64,000 bases of DNA, taken from positions 1,120,001 to 1,184,000 of the forward strand of contig CAVTNB010000001.1 in NCBI GenBank assembly GCA_963736005.1, in the 5' to 3' direction. Source of the stretch: an uncultured Pseudomonadota bacterium (GTDB taxonomy: Bacteria > Vulcanimicrobiota > Vulcanimicrobiia > Eremiobacterales > Eremiobacteraceae). A model generated the notes under the pieces. That model did not search any database and was not told where the DNA came from. It worked only from the letters and a program-made list of their open reading frames with translations. Positions 39,035 to 49,679 of the stretch are shown here, one piece after another. The number at the start of each line of letters is the position of its first letter. Position 1 is the stretch's first letter. A program made the position numbers and the translations under genes.

Positions 39035-40382
39035 GGTCGTCCTTCCGCGATTTCACAACTGCTCCTAACCGGCCTGACTTCAATTCGACGTCGATGTTTT
39101 CCCCGATGCGCACCGCGGCGGCGCGCGTGAGTACGGCTCCCGATGACCCGTACACGATTGCGTATCCGCGCTCCAGGGTCTGACGCGGACCCAACGCGGC
39201 GAGCTTTGCGACTGCGACGTCGAGCGCAGATCCACGCTGGCGCACGACGCGCGTCCACGCCACGGTCAGGCTGCGCCCCACTTGACCCTCTAGCACGCGC
39301 TTGGCCTCAATTGTCCGCAAGCCCAAGATCGGCAGTCGGGCACCGGCCTCAGCAACTCGATTCTGCCAATCGCGAATTTGGCTGCGTGGGTCGCGCCGTA
39401 CGAGCCCGAGCGCGACGCGATCTAGCCTTTGCGCACGTTCGGCAAACATGCCGACTGCCGCGCGTTCTAATCTGAGGATCGCACGCCGCAAAACAAATCC
39501 AGGTGCTTTGGCTGCCCGATCGAGCGCGCGGCGCAGCCGCATTTCGGCGGCTGCGATGCGGGCGAGCAACGCCTCGCGCTCTTGCGCGACGAATTCGGCC
39601 GCGGCGGTAGGGGTTGGTGCACGTAGGTCGGCCACAAAGTCTGCAATGGTAACGTCGGTTTCGTGGCCAACCGCGCTGATGACAGGCTTTGGCGATGCGG
39701 CGATCGCTCGAGCCACTGCCTCGGTATTGAAGGCCCACAGATCTTCGATCGATCCCCCGCCCCTCGCCACCACCACCACGTCAACCGGAAGTCTTCCAGC
39801 GGAGGCGATCGCCCGTGCGAGTGCCGGCGCTGCTGCTGCTCCCTGAACCGGCGCGGGGACGACCCAGATCGTGACGTGAGCGCCGCGCCGCCTGCAGGTC
39901 GTTACAAAGTCCGCCAATGCCGCGGCGTTCTTGCTCGTCACAATGGCGACATTGCGAATAAATGCCGGGATTGGCCGCTTGCGCGATGCTGCGAACAGCC
40001 CCTCGGCATCCAACGCTGCTTTCAGGCGCTCGAAGGCTAGGTGGAGCGCACCTTGGCCCACCGCAATGATGTCGGTGACGCGCAGCTGATAGGAGCTCTT
40101 GGGTTCCCAAATGTCGACGAAGCCAGCAACTTCCACTGCCACGCCGTCGCCGAGAGGTAACGCTACGTTGAGTTGCCGGACGGTGCTATCGAAACAAATG
40201 CAATCGATAAAACCTTCTCGGTCCTTCAGGGAGAAGTAGAGGTTGCCCGCAACTTTTTTGCATTTGGATATTTCCCCGAGCACGCGAACCGGCCCAGGAA
40301 ACTGTCCGCGGAGCGCACGGCGAATTCGCCGGCACAACTCACCGACCGAAATTGCTTGCGCTTCAAACAGGCTGCGCATCAT
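39006..40382 (-). CDS. xseA: Exodeoxyribonuclease VII large subunit
   Basis: YFSLKD, ARGGGSIEDLWAFN, SAVGHETD and RAPTPTAAAE. Confidence 0.96.
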   Translation of the reverse strand: MMRSLFEAQAISVGELCRRIRRALRGQFPGPVRVLGEISKCKKVAGNLYFSLKDREGFIDCICFDSTVRQLNVALPLGDGVAVEVAGFVDIWEPKSSYQLRVTDIIAVGQGALHLAFERLKAALDAEGLFAASRKRPIPAFIRNVAIVTSKNAAALADFVTTCRRRGAHVTIWVVPAPVQGAAAAPALARAIASAGRLPVDVVVVARGGGSIEDLWAFNTEAVARAIAASPKPVISAVGHETDVTIADFVADLRAPTPTAAAEFVAQEREALLARIAAAEMRLRRALDRAAKAPGFVLRRAILRLERAAVGMFAERAQRLDRVALGLVRRDPRSQIRDWQNRVAEAGARLPILGLRTIEAKRVLEGQVGRSLTVAWTRVVRQRGSALDVAVAKLAALGPRQTLERGYAIVYGSSGAVLTRAAAVRIGENIDVELKSGRLGAVVKSRKDDHGKERSEAK

Positions 40383-40405
40383 GCTTACGTGAACGTGAAG
40401 GGATC

Positions 40406-40660
40406 ATGAGCAAGAACGACCCAACCCAGTTGAGTTTCGCGCGCGACATTCGTCCGATGTTTACCGAGACCGATGTGACGCAGATGAAGCTTGTTGGCAT
40501 CGATCTGAGCAGCAGAGACGATGTTGAGGCACGCGCCGACGATATTTACGCCGCTGTCAGCGAGGGCTCGATGCCTCCTGATTATTCGGACGAACCCCCC
40601 TGGACTCCCGAGATGTGCGATCGCTTTAGAGAGTGGCAGACGCAAGGATGCCCGCCGTAA
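40406..40660 (+). CDS. Small conserved-looking hypothetical protein
   Basis: SFARDIRPMF...MPP...PW...FREW...GCPP; exactly fills the xseA-PBP gap. Confidence 0.7.
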   Translation: MSKNDPTQLSFARDIRPMFTETDVTQMKLVGIDLSSRDDVEARADDIYAAVSEGSMPPDYSDEPPWTPEMCDRFREWQTQGCPP

Positions 40661-40686
40661 ACGGAAAGACGAGCGGATCGTGGGTG

Positions 40687-42819
40687 TCATGGGGAATCCA
40701 CAGGGGTGGGCGCATCGGTGACTAGCGGCGATGGGGTCGTTTGCGTTGGCTGGCCGCTATCTACAGCTGGGGTTGGCGACTCGACCGCGCCGAACGGAAC
40801 GGCAATACCGGCAGGCGCAAGAAGAGCACTTGGTCTGGGCGAGGGATGAGGAACACAGTAGGCGAGCGGAGCGGTGCCGTTGAGAAAATATTCGCTCCTC
40901 CCGCCGACGCCAGGCGGAGCTCTTCGGCTATCGCTGCAGATTCTAACGGCCTCGACGTCCGGTGGCATCGGTCCGAATGCCTGCACCGCCGTACCCTGCA
41001 GCGCGTTTTTCATAAAATGACTCCACGTGCGCGCCGGCACGTTGCCTCCGTACGACTCATACATGCGTGAATAGTCGTCGTTGCCAACCCACACAGCCGC
41101 CGCGAGCTGCGGAACGAAGCCCACAAACCATGCATCCCGAAAATCTGACGTCGTCCCCGTTTTCCCCGCTGCCGGCCTGCCGATGATCGCATTTGGGTAT
41201 CCAGTCCCCTCCTGGATCACTCCCTCCATCATGGTCGTCATGATATACGCAGTACCGGGCGAGAGCACCGCTCGGCGTTGCGGGTAACGATTGTCGACCA
41301 CGATCTGGCCGTACTGATCGGTGATGTATCGGATCGCTTGTGGCGGTGTGTAGATGCCACCATCGGCTATCGTCGAATACCCGGAAACCATGTCGAGCGG
41401 CGACACGACAGCCGTGCCGAGCGCAAGCGAAAGGTCTGCTTCCAAATTCTCCGTGATCCCCATGCGATGCGCGTAATCGACGACGGTGTCGATCCCGATA
41501 TCGTTGGCCAGTCGTACGGCGACGATGTTGCGCGAGAGCTCAAATGCCTTTCGAAGCGTGATGGCGCCGAGATAGCGGTGATCGTCATCTTGTGGCTTGT
41601 AATCCGTACCATCGCCTGCAGCATACGTGACCGGCGCATCCAAATAGATCGAGGAGACCGGAACCCCTTTATCCACGGCTGCCGAGTACACAAATCCCTT
41701 GAACGACGAACCGGGTTGGCGACGTGCCTGCCAGGCGCGGTTGAACTGACTCTTGGGCGAGAATCCAACGCCGCCGACCATCGCGAGAATTTCACCCGAT
41801 CGAGGATCCTCGGCCACCATCGCTCCCTGGTGCATGCCGTAGCCTTCCGAGGCGCCGGCGGCAACGCCCGCGGTCACCGACTTCTGCGCAATGTCTTCAA
41901 GCCTAGGCGAGAGCGTGGTGTAAACAGTCAGACCGCCGCGGAAAATCCGATCGTACCCAAACTGTTTCACGAGTTCCGCGATCACATAGGTCGTGAAATA
42001 AGGATACCGATACGATTGAATGCCATTGTCCGGGGCACCGGTAAAGGTGAGCTTCTTTGCCGCCGCCTCATCTGCTTGAGCTTGCGTAACGTAGCCGTTT
42101 GCCACCATCCGATCGAGGACGTGGCGCTGGCGTTCCTGCGCGCCCGGCAAGTTGTTGTACGGCGAGTACAGCGACGGCGCCGCGATCAATCCGGCGAGCA
42201 TGCTGGCTTGTGCAAGCGAGAGCTTACTGACATCGGTTCCAAAGTAGGCGTGGGCGGCGGCCTGCACGCCGTACGCACCCGCGCCAAAATAGACCAGATT
42301 TAAATAGCGCTCGAGAATCTCGTCTTTGCTATAATCGCGTTCGATTTCGATCGCAAGCAGGGCTTCCTGGATTTTGCGCGTCATTGTCCTGCGATCGCTG
42401 AGGAAAAGACGACGTGCGAGCTGCTGGGTGATCGTGCTCGCGCCCTGCGTGATCTGCTCGTGCTCGTAGTTTGCGAGGGCCGCGCGAACGATGCCGCGGA
42501 TATCGATGCCGTGATGGGAGTAGAAGCGCTCGTCCTCCGTCGCGATCACCGCTTGCCGCATCACGACCGGTATCTCCGTGATCGGCGCGTACACGTCGTA
42601 CTTGTTGTAGAGGCGCGCGAGCTTCGTGCCATCGCGCGCGACGATAAGTGTCGGCGACGTTGGTTCGATAATCGAAAGCGTGCTGACGTCTGGAAGATTC
42701 TGGCCGTACGCCCCGACAACGAAGATCGCGGCCCCGGCGATCGCCAATACTCCGGCGGCCAAGAGCAACAAGACCACGCTGACCGCGATCCGCAAGCGTC
42801 GCCGCCCCACCGCGTTCAT
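40687..42819 (-). CDS. Class A penicillin-binding protein (PBP1A)
   Basis: EDERFYSHHG, GASTITQQ, RKIQE, SSFK, SRN and KTGT. Confidence 0.95.
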   Translation of the reverse strand: MNAVGRRRLRIAVSVVLLLLAAGVLAIAGAAIFVVGAYGQNLPDVSTLSIIEPTSPTLIVARDGTKLARLYNKYDVYAPITEIPVVMRQAVIATEDERFYSHHGIDIRGIVRAALANYEHEQITQGASTITQQLARRLFLSDRRTMTRKIQEALLAIEIERDYSKDEILERYLNLVYFGAGAYGVQAAAHAYFGTDVSKLSLAQASMLAGLIAAPSLYSPYNNLPGAQERQRHVLDRMVANGYVTQAQADEAAAKKLTFTGAPDNGIQSYRYPYFTTYVIAELVKQFGYDRIFRGGLTVYTTLSPRLEDIAQKSVTAGVAAGASEGYGMHQGAMVAEDPRSGEILAMVGGVGFSPKSQFNRAWQARRQPGSSFKGFVYSAAVDKGVPVSSIYLDAPVTYAAGDGTDYKPQDDDHRYLGAITLRKAFELSRNIVAVRLANDIGIDTVVDYAHRMGITENLEADLSLALGTAVVSPLDMVSGYSTIADGGIYTPPQAIRYITDQYGQIVVDNRYPQRRAVLSPGTAYIMTTMMEGVIQEGTGYPNAIIGRPAAGKTGTTSDFRDAWFVGFVPQLAAAVWVGNDDYSRMYESYGGNVPARTWSHFMKNALQGTAVQAFGPMPPDVEAVRICSDSRRAPPGVGGRSEYFLNGTAPLAYCVPHPSPRPSALLAPAGIAVPFGAVESPTPAVDSGQPTQTTPSPLVTDAPTPVDSP

Positions 42820-43325
42820 GCTGCAGGCCCAGAAGCCGGCCGCACCGGAGTCTTTGCAAACGCGTCCAAGATGGCGTTGACGAAACCGGCTGATTGGCCA
42901 GTAGAAAGACGGCGCGCCAGTTCGACTGCGTGATTGATCACATCCGTCGCATCGGCATCTGGCCGATAGCGCAGTTCCCAAGCGCCCATTTCCAGAATAA
43001 TCCGGTCGATGTCGGCCAGACGCTCGAGCTTCCATCGAACGAGCAAAGCGCTGAGATCGGCTTGCAGTTCGGCGCGATGATCGAGCGTGCCGCGAACGAT
43101 GCGCTCGAGCAGATTCCAATCGGTAACTCGGGGTGCGTCGGCGCGCCGGTCGACCGCAGGGTATTCGGCCTCGTATGGATCGTCAAGGCGCGCTTGATCG
43201 CCCCGTGAGAAAACCCCCACTTGGTCGTGGGCTTGACGCAATGCCTCTTCGAGCGTCGCCTTCCCGACTGCGATGACATAGAGGATTTCGAGCGCGAGCC
43301 GATGCTCTCGGCGCTCAGCGGCCAT
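42816..43325 (-). CDS. nusB: Transcription antitermination factor NusB
   Basis: [22 protein letters not shown] and FVNAILD. Confidence 0.92.
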   Translation of the reverse strand: MAAERREHRLALEILYVIAVGKATLEEALRQAHDQVGVFSRGDQARLDDPYEAEYPAVDRRADAPRVTDWNLLERIVRGTLDHRAELQADLSALLVRWKLERLADIDRIILEMGAWELRYRPDADATDVINHAVELARRLSTGQSAGFVNAILDAFAKTPVRPASGPAA

Positions 43326-44691
43326 GCGCAGCTCCGACGGCGCTTGGCGGTTGCAGCACGTGCTCGCGGAGCCAGGTCACATACGTGTGACCGTCGAGGA
43401 ACGAATTCATGGTGAGAATGCGCTCGTGCACTGGTATTGTCGTTTCGACGCCCTGAATTTCGGTCTCGGCGAGCGCCCGCCGCATCCGGATGATCGTGTT
43501 GCCCCTCGTGCGATCGCTGACGATGATCTTCGCCAGGAGCGAATCGTAGTAGGGAGGCACCTCCGCACCTGAAAAGATGTGGCTGTCGACGCGAACCCCC
43601 GGCCCACCGGGCAAGAGAACGGTGCCAAGTTTTCCCGCAGTAGGCCGAAAACCGTTTGCGACGTCTTCCGCGTTGATCCGGCACTCGATGGCATGCCCGT
43701 ACGGTTTGATTTCTTCTTGACGCCGGGTGAGACGCTCGCCCGCGGCGATCCGGATCTGCCACTTGACCAGGTCGATGCCGTAGACGACCTCGCTGATCGG
43801 ATGCTCCACCTGAATGCGCGTGTTCATTTCCATGAAGTAATAGCCGCCGTCTTCGCTGACTAAGAACTCAAGCGTTCCCGCGTTGGCGTAATCGACCGCA
43901 CGAGCGGCTCGCACCGCGCTCGCGAGCAAATCACCACGAACGCTCGGATCGAGATTCGGCGCCGGCGTTTCTTCAAGCAGCTTTTGGTGACCCGGCTTTT
44001 GAATCGAACAATCGCGTTCTCCGACGTGAATCACGTGTCCATACTCATCGCCGAGCACTTGCACTTCAATGTGGCGAGGACGCACGAGAAGCTTTTCAAT
44101 ATACACGCGTCCGTCGCTAAAGGCAGCTTGCGCTTCTCCGCTCGCGGCGGTCACGCCGGCCGCGAGGTCAGCCTCTCGGCCAACGATGCGCATGCCCTTG
44201 CCACCGCCACCCGCGGTTGCCTTGATGAGCACTGGAAATCCGACTTCGCGCGCAAACCTTTTCGCTTGCTCCTCAGATTCGATGATGTCAGAACCCGGGA
44301 TGACGGGGACGCCCGCCTCCGCCATGCGATGTTTAGCTGATGACTTGTCGCCCATGAGCGCCAACGCGGCGGGAGCCGGACCAATGAACTTAAAACCGTG
44401 CGATGCACAGATTTCCGCGAACTGCGAATTTTCCGAGAGAAAGCCATAGCCCGGATGGATTGCGTCCACCCCGGCGATCTCACCAGCGCTGATAATGTTC
44501 GGAATGTTGAGATAGGAGCGGGCCGTTTGCGGCGGTCCAATGCAGTAGGCTTCATCTGCAAAGCGCGGGTGCAGCGCTTGGCGATCTGCTTCCGAGAAGA
44601 CCGCCACGGTCTTCACGCCTAATTCGCGACACGCGCGGATGACGCGTATCGCGATCTCCCCTCGATTCGCTATGAGCACCTTAGCAAACAC
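43315..44691 (-). CDS. accC: Biotin carboxylase
   Basis: [25 protein letters not shown] and [10 protein letters not shown]. Confidence 0.96.
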   Translation of the reverse strand: MFAKVLIANRGEIAIRVIRACRELGVKTVAVFSEADRQALHPRFADEAYCIGPPQTARSYLNIPNIISAGEIAGVDAIHPGYGFLSENSQFAEICASHGFKFIGPAPAALALMGDKSSAKHRMAEAGVPVIPGSDIIESEEQAKRFAREVGFPVLIKATAGGGGKGMRIVGREADLAAGVTAASGEAQAAFSDGRVYIEKLLVRPRHIEVQVLGDEYGHVIHVGERDCSIQKPGHQKLLEETPAPNLDPSVRGDLLASAVRAARAVDYANAGTLEFLVSEDGGYYFMEMNTRIQVEHPISEVVYGIDLVKWQIRIAAGERLTRRQEEIKPYGHAIECRINAEDVANGFRPTAGKLGTVLLPGGPGVRVDSHIFSGAEVPPYYDSLLAKIIVSDRTRGNTIIRMRRALAETEIQGVETTIPVHERILTMNSFLDGHTYVTWLREHVLQPPSAVGAAHGR

Positions 44692-44724
44692 GAACGATCT
44701 CCAAACGGATGTGCGACCTACCCG

Positions 44725-45348
44725 CTACAGGCGCGGAGGTTCTACCGGCGCCACCTCGCTTGGCGCTTGTTCCTGCGGGCTGGACGTTACTGCGCTGATC
44801 TCGTCAGGCGATACCAGCGCGCTCTCGACCACAAAGAGGGCTTCGCCGAAATCCACAGGTTGGCCATCCTCGACCACTTGCGCGACGAGCGCGGAGTCAA
44901 TGGGGCAACGCACTTCGTTGCGGAGGCGCAGCGCCTCGATGTATCCCAAGACCTGACCACTACTCAATGCGGCACCAGGGACGGGGGGTTGGGAAGCGTC
45001 GTGAAATATTCCGACCACTTCTGAGTTGATTGTGATGTAGCTGCGACCTGCCTCGCCGTTTTGCGCCGCTGTCCACGGCATGTACCGGGCGGCAGGCTTG
45101 GCGGAATCTCCAGTCGATCGAGCGGAGTCCGCCCCAGCTACTTCCCCTGTGCCACCGCTGCCCGCACGACTCGAGTCGACCGCCGCATTGGCCTTGACCA
45201 GCGTGACGCTCCCGTGTGGTGTTTTGAGTTGGAGCTGCGCAAGCGGCGATGCGGCAAAGAAGCGGGAGAGCGGATCGACCTGCTTGCGAACGAACCGCAC
45301 AAAGCCGGTCGGCTCTTCACGCGCGCGAGCCTTCTTGTTCTCCGCCAT
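44725..45348 (-). CDS. accB: BCCP/AccB-like protein lacking the biotin-acceptor lysine
   Basis: C-terminal biotinyl fold GQVLGYIE-ALR-LRNEV...VEDGQPVDFGEALF; directly upstream of accC. Confidence 0.75.
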   Translation of the reverse strand: MAENKKARAREEPTGFVRFVRKQVDPLSRFFAASPLAQLQLKTPHGSVTLVKANAAVDSSRAGSGGTGEVAGADSARSTGDSAKPAARYMPWTAAQNGEAGRSYITINSEVVGIFHDASQPPVPGAALSSGQVLGYIEALRLRNEVRCPIDSALVAQVVEDGQPVDFGEALFVVESALVSPDEISAVTSSPQEQAPSEVAPVEPPRL

Positions 45349-45349
45349 C

Positions 45350-46591
45350 TTATATTGGTTCGGCGACTCCGCTCGGGTGGCCTTCGCTATGGTGCCCTAC
45401 GCCACTGACGACGGCTGCGCGCAGCGTGCGCTCGACGCGTTGCACGCCTGCGAGTCGCGCCCGCATTGCGGACAAGCCCGCTTCGAACTCCTGGGGTTTT
45501 AGGAGATGGAACGACGACAGGTGCTTGCGCGCGACGCGTTCGATGAGCAGATCGCCTGCGACGGTTTCTTTGCTTTCGATTTCGCGTACGACAATATCGG
45601 CAAAATCATGCTCTGTCAAATTGCGTATCAATGCTGGCAGTGATGGAAAGCGCGCCAAATCGACCCGCGGAATCGATGGGAAAAATTCGGCGAACGACGT
45701 TTCGATGAAGTGACGATGAGGGAGTGTCACGATGGCGATCTTTGCTTCGGGCGCGAGCACGGCGCGGAGCCGCAGCCAGAATTCTCTTTGCAGCGCGATG
45801 TAGTGAATGGAAAAGAAAAAGGTTACCGCGTCGTATGGGCCGGGTGGGAGTTCGCGATTGGCGTCGCCTTGGTAGTATTGAATGGCAAGGCTACTTGCAG
45901 CGGCCTTGCGGCGCGCGGCCGCAAGCATCGAAGCACTGCGATCGATGCCGGTCATCGAAGCTCCAGCTTGGGCGAGCAACGCGGTGAATCTGCCGGTGCC
46001 ACAGCCGACATCAAGAACCTTCATGCTGGGTCGCAGATGGATGGCTGCAACCACCGCCTCGAGGAGTCGCCGGTCGAGTGTGGTCAGCGGGCGGAGCTCG
46101 TCGTAGTTCGCACCCGCCCCATTTGGAGCATCGTAGTCGAGAGGACGGACCGTTTCTAACTCGGCCGTGCCGCCGATGCGCACCATGCTCTTCCGCACGG
46201 CGTCAGGAAGTTTTCGTGCTACGGCTTCGACCGTTCGGTTCTCGCTTCGCAATATGAGGTCGGCCCAAACGTCCGCAAGAGGCAAAACGAAAGCCTCCTC
46301 AACGAGCTCCGCGGCACGCCCGGCGTACGCGAGTAAACACAGATCGAGGACTGACAACTCCTGCGAGCGTTCGGCAAGTGCGAGCGCTAGATCGTTTGGT
46401 TGAATTTCAGTGGATAGCTCTGCTACCGCATAGTAAGCATCTTGATTCTCACCCGCAGGCGGTTGTTTCGCGCGGTAGAGATCCGAATTTCGAACGACGC
46501 TGCCCAACTTGCGTAGGTCGCGAAGTCCTTCGCGAATGTATCCTGGTGCGTCGCCGGCACGAGACGAAAGGCCAACGAGAGCCGCGTTCAA
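45350..46591 (-). CDS. Degenerate FolK/HPPK-like domain fused to a class I SAM-dependent methyltransferase
   Basis: N-terminus aligns by eye to HPPK (VGLSS..GD, SDLY, AVAELST, LDLCLL, AFVLPLAD); C-terminus has VLDVGCGTG; follows folB. Confidence 0.7.
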   Translation of the reverse strand: MNAALVGLSSRAGDAPGYIREGLRDLRKLGSVVRNSDLYRAKQPPAGENQDAYYAVAELSTEIQPNDLALALAERSQELSVLDLCLLAYAGRAAELVEEAFVLPLADVWADLILRSENRTVEAVARKLPDAVRKSMVRIGGTAELETVRPLDYDAPNGAGANYDELRPLTTLDRRLLEAVVAAIHLRPSMKVLDVGCGTGRFTALLAQAGASMTGIDRSASMLAAARRKAAASSLAIQYYQGDANRELPPGPYDAVTFFFSIHYIALQREFWLRLRAVLAPEAKIAIVTLPHRHFIETSFAEFFPSIPRVDLARFPSLPALIRNLTEHDFADIVVREIESKETVAGDLLIERVARKHLSSFHLLKPQEFEAGLSAMRARLAGVQRVERTLRAAVVSGVGHHSEGHPSGVAEPI

Positions 46592-46962
46592 CGAGGCGTG
46601 CGGCGCAGGCGAATTTCCACCTCAGGCGTTGCACCGTCGAGCAGGCGCGGCTTCCTCACGCGAACGGATGCTTCCATAACTCGGGGGTCTTCGCACACGC
46701 GCTCGGCCAGACGCCGAGCGAGCGCCTCGAGCAACACGAACGACTGCTGCGTGACGATTTGCTCGCACAAACTAAAGAGCGTAGCGTAATCGATCGCATC
46801 GGCAAGAGCATCCGAAACCGATGGCTTGCTCAGGTCGGCTGTAATTTCGAGGTCAACATCGATGGGCTGCGTGCGGTCTCTTTCTCCCGGCAGCGCTCCA
46901 TGCTTCCCCCAAAAACGCATTCCGGTTATGCGAATGAATCCCGATTGGGGTGCAACGATCAT
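46588..46962 (-). CDS. folB: Dihydroneopterin aldolase
   Basis: FWGKHGALPGE, SDALADAIDY, LLEALA and VRKP. Confidence 0.93.
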   Translation of the reverse strand: MIVAPQSGFIRITGMRFWGKHGALPGERDRTQPIDVDLEITADLSKPSVSDALADAIDYATLFSLCEQIVTQQSFVLLEALARRLAERVCEDPRVMEASVRVRKPRLLDGATPEVEIRLRRTPR

Positions 46963-47837
46963 GATGGAAACCGCATGGGCAGGCGCTCCGGCGCTCGGGC
47001 GGCTCCAACCCGGCAAATTGCGTCGGCCACATCGACCACGCTGCGCATTTCGGCAACATCGTGAACCCGAACGATGTCGGCCCCTCCGGCAATCGAGAGC
47101 GCGCAGGCCGCAGCCGTGCCAAACAAGCGCTCTCCAACCGGCAACCCAGTAATTTTTCCGATAAACGATTTGCGAGATGCACCAACGAGCAGTGGATACG
47201 GCAGTCTGCTCGCGAACTCGTTGAGCCTGCCGATAATCTGCACGTTGTGATCGGGTGTTTTCCCAAAACCGATGCCAGGATCGGCAATGATTTTCTCGGC
47301 AGCTACCCCGCTGTCGCGAGCGTAACGGGTGGCGAGTTCGAGCGAACCGATAACCTCCTTGACGCAATCCCCATCATACTCGGCGTTGACGCGATTGTGC
47401 ATGACGATGAGAGCGGCACCCGAACGCGCCGCCAGTTCCACGATCCCGGGAATAGCACCCCAGACGCAGTTGATCATGTCCGCCCCTACGCTGAGAGCCT
47501 CCACGGCAACCGCTGGTTTGAACGTGTCAATTGAGATCGGCAGCTCGACCGCTCGGCGAATCGCCGCAACAACGGGAATCACGCGATGAAGTTCTTCGGT
47601 TTCGGACACCGGCTCGTGTCCGGGCCGTGTTGACTCACCTCCAATGTCGATGATATCCGCACCCGCCTCTGCGATGTCGATCGCGCGCCTCACGGCAGCG
47701 GCGGTGTCGGCGTAAATCCCGTCGCCAGAAAACGAATCGGGCGTCGCGTTGACGATGCCCATGATGAACGTGCGGGCACCCCACTCGAAAACGTAGTTGC
47801 GGACGATCAATGGCGGGAGCGGCAAACGCTCAAACAT
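46959..47837 (-). CDS. folP: Dihydropteroate synthase
   Basis: MGIVNATPDSFSGDG, IGGESTRPG, DPGIGFGK, SRKSFI and RVHDV. Confidence 0.96.
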   Translation of the reverse strand: MFERLPLPPLIVRNYVFEWGARTFIMGIVNATPDSFSGDGIYADTAAAVRRAIDIAEAGADIIDIGGESTRPGHEPVSETEELHRVIPVVAAIRRAVELPISIDTFKPAVAVEALSVGADMINCVWGAIPGIVELAARSGAALIVMHNRVNAEYDGDCVKEVIGSLELATRYARDSGVAAEKIIADPGIGFGKTPDHNVQIIGRLNEFASRLPYPLLVGASRKSFIGKITGLPVGERLFGTAAACALSIAGGADIVRVHDVAEMRSVVDVADAICRVGAARAPERLPMRFPS

Positions 47838-49173
47838 TGGCTGCTCGCGAGACGGAAGAATTCTCGAGGAACCAACGCCGCAGCGTCCCCACGAGAAAAG
47901 TGGATCCAGTGACGACGACGAGATCGTTTGCACCGGCAATACGGCGCGCGATCGCGAGCGCCTCGACCGGATCGTCTACCGCTCGCGATGGAAGCCCGGC
48001 CTGCTCGGCGGCGTTGACCAGCGTCTGCGAATGACGTGAGCGGCGGTGCGACACGTCGAACGTCGTAAAGATAAAGTGCGCCGGCAGCTGGCGCCATGCT
48101 TCCAACATACCGGCTGCATCCTTCTCCTGGGCAATCGCAACCACAAAGACAAGACGCCTCCCCGGAAAATGCCGGTCGATCGCGCCGCGCAACGCCGCTG
48201 CCTTTTCAACGTTGTGCGCGACGTCAAACAGCAGCGATGGGCGTGATGGATAGTACTCGGTTCTTCCGGGAAGGGAGATATTGCCGAGCGCCAGCGCTAT
48301 GTCGGCGGCGGTGGTTGGCAAGATGTTGCTGACGATCTCGCACGCCAGGATTGCCGTTGCAGCGTTGATGGCTTGAAACTCGCCGATCAGAGGTAAGGCT
48401 AATTGGTAGCGCGCCAGCGGCGTTTGGACGTCGATGGTTTGCGCGTAGGCGACGTCCCCAACCGTCGACCGAACGGTGACGTCTCGCGACAAAATAGAGA
48501 GTGGCGCGGAATGAACGCGCGCCGCTTCGGCAATGATTTCTAAGACGCTTGGCTGTTCCGCCGCGGTCACCACAGGAATGCCTTCTTTGATGATCCCGGC
48601 CTTGTCGCGCGCGATCTGCTCGATCGTGTCGCCCAAGACGTCGCGATGATCGGTCCCGACGTTTGTGATGATGCTGACCAATGGGATGATCACATTGGTT
48701 CCGTCGAGCGCGCCGCCGACACCGACTTCGATCACAGCGGCGTCAACCTTTTCCTCGGCAAAGTAGACGAACGAAAGCGCCACAAGCAGTTCGAAATAGG
48801 ATGGTGCGCCCCACTCGCACGATCGCATGTCGTCGATCACGGGAACGAGCATCTCAAAGATCGTCGCAAAGCGTTCTTCGCTGATTGTCGAGCCGTTGAT
48901 CCGAGCGCGTTCCGTGACCGAGTGCAGATGGGGTTTCGTGTGAAGTCCAACTCGCCGTCCGGTAGCTCCCAAGATTGCGGCAATCATGGTTGCGGTCGAT
49001 CCCTTACCCGCCGATCCCCCGACGTGGATGGAGCGAAATGACCGTTCTGGATTACCCAAGCGTTCGAGCAGCGAGCGCATGCGATCGAGACGACCAGGGA
49101 ATCTCGCCGACACCGATTCGCCGACGGATTTGTCCAAGAGTTTTACGGCAGTTTGGTAGTCCACGGCAGTCAA
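47830..49173 (-). CDS. folC: Folylpolyglutamate/dihydrofolate synthase
   Basis: IHVGGSAGKGS, EVGVGGALDGTN, KAGIIK and DVAHN. Confidence 0.95.
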   Translation of the reverse strand: MTAVDYQTAVKLLDKSVGESVSARFPGRLDRMRSLLERLGNPERSFRSIHVGGSAGKGSTATMIAAILGATGRRVGLHTKPHLHSVTERARINGSTISEERFATIFEMLVPVIDDMRSCEWGAPSYFELLVALSFVYFAEEKVDAAVIEVGVGGALDGTNVIIPLVSIITNVGTDHRDVLGDTIEQIARDKAGIIKEGIPVVTAAEQPSVLEIIAEAARVHSAPLSILSRDVTVRSTVGDVAYAQTIDVQTPLARYQLALPLIGEFQAINAATAILACEIVSNILPTTAADIALALGNISLPGRTEYYPSRPSLLFDVAHNVEKAAALRGAIDRHFPGRRLVFVVAIAQEKDAAGMLEAWRQLPAHFIFTTFDVSHRRSRHSQTLVNAAEQAGLPSRAVDDPVEALAIARRIAGANDLVVVTGSTFLVGTLRRWFLENSSVSRAANV

Positions 49174-49679
49174 CCCGAAATCGCGTGATCGCTCACGCTG
49201 CCACGCAAGACTTCAAATGCATGGCACAGGACTGGCGCGATAATGCCCAACGTCTCGCGAACCGCTTTGGGATTGCCCGGCAGATTAATGATGAGCGTGC
49301 GATTTCGAACCACCGCAACTGCCCGCGAGAGAATCGCCGTGGGAACGGCTTGGGCGCTCCGAACACGCATGGCTTCGGCGATGCCTGGGACTTCGTAATC
49401 GGCGACCGCCAGGGTGGCTTGCGGCGTGCAATCACGAGGGCTCAAGCCGGTTCCACCACTGGTTAAGACTCCATCCACTCGATCGACATCGGCGAGGTGT
49501 CTGAGAAGAGATTCCAGCTCGTCGCGATCGTCGGCCAAGATGCGTTCGGTTACAACCGTGCATTCTTGCGGCAAGCATTCCCGCATGATCGGGAGGCTCG
49601 CATCCGGCCGACGTCCGGATGCGGCTCTATCCGAGAGAATGACGAGCGCCACGCGAAAGACTTGGGGCGATTCAGGCAC
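49170..49679 (-). CDS. mog: Molybdopterin adenylyltransferase (MogA/MoaB family)
   Basis: SGGTGLSPRDCT, LSRAVA and NLPGNPKAV. Confidence 0.9.
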   Translation of the reverse strand: MPESPQVFRVALVILSDRAASGRRPDASLPIMRECLPQECTVVTERILADDRDELESLLRHLADVDRVDGVLTSGGTGLSPRDCTPQATLAVADYEVPGIAEAMRVRSAQAVPTAILSRAVAVVRNRTLIINLPGNPKAVRETLGIIAPVLCHAFEVLRGSVSDHAISG

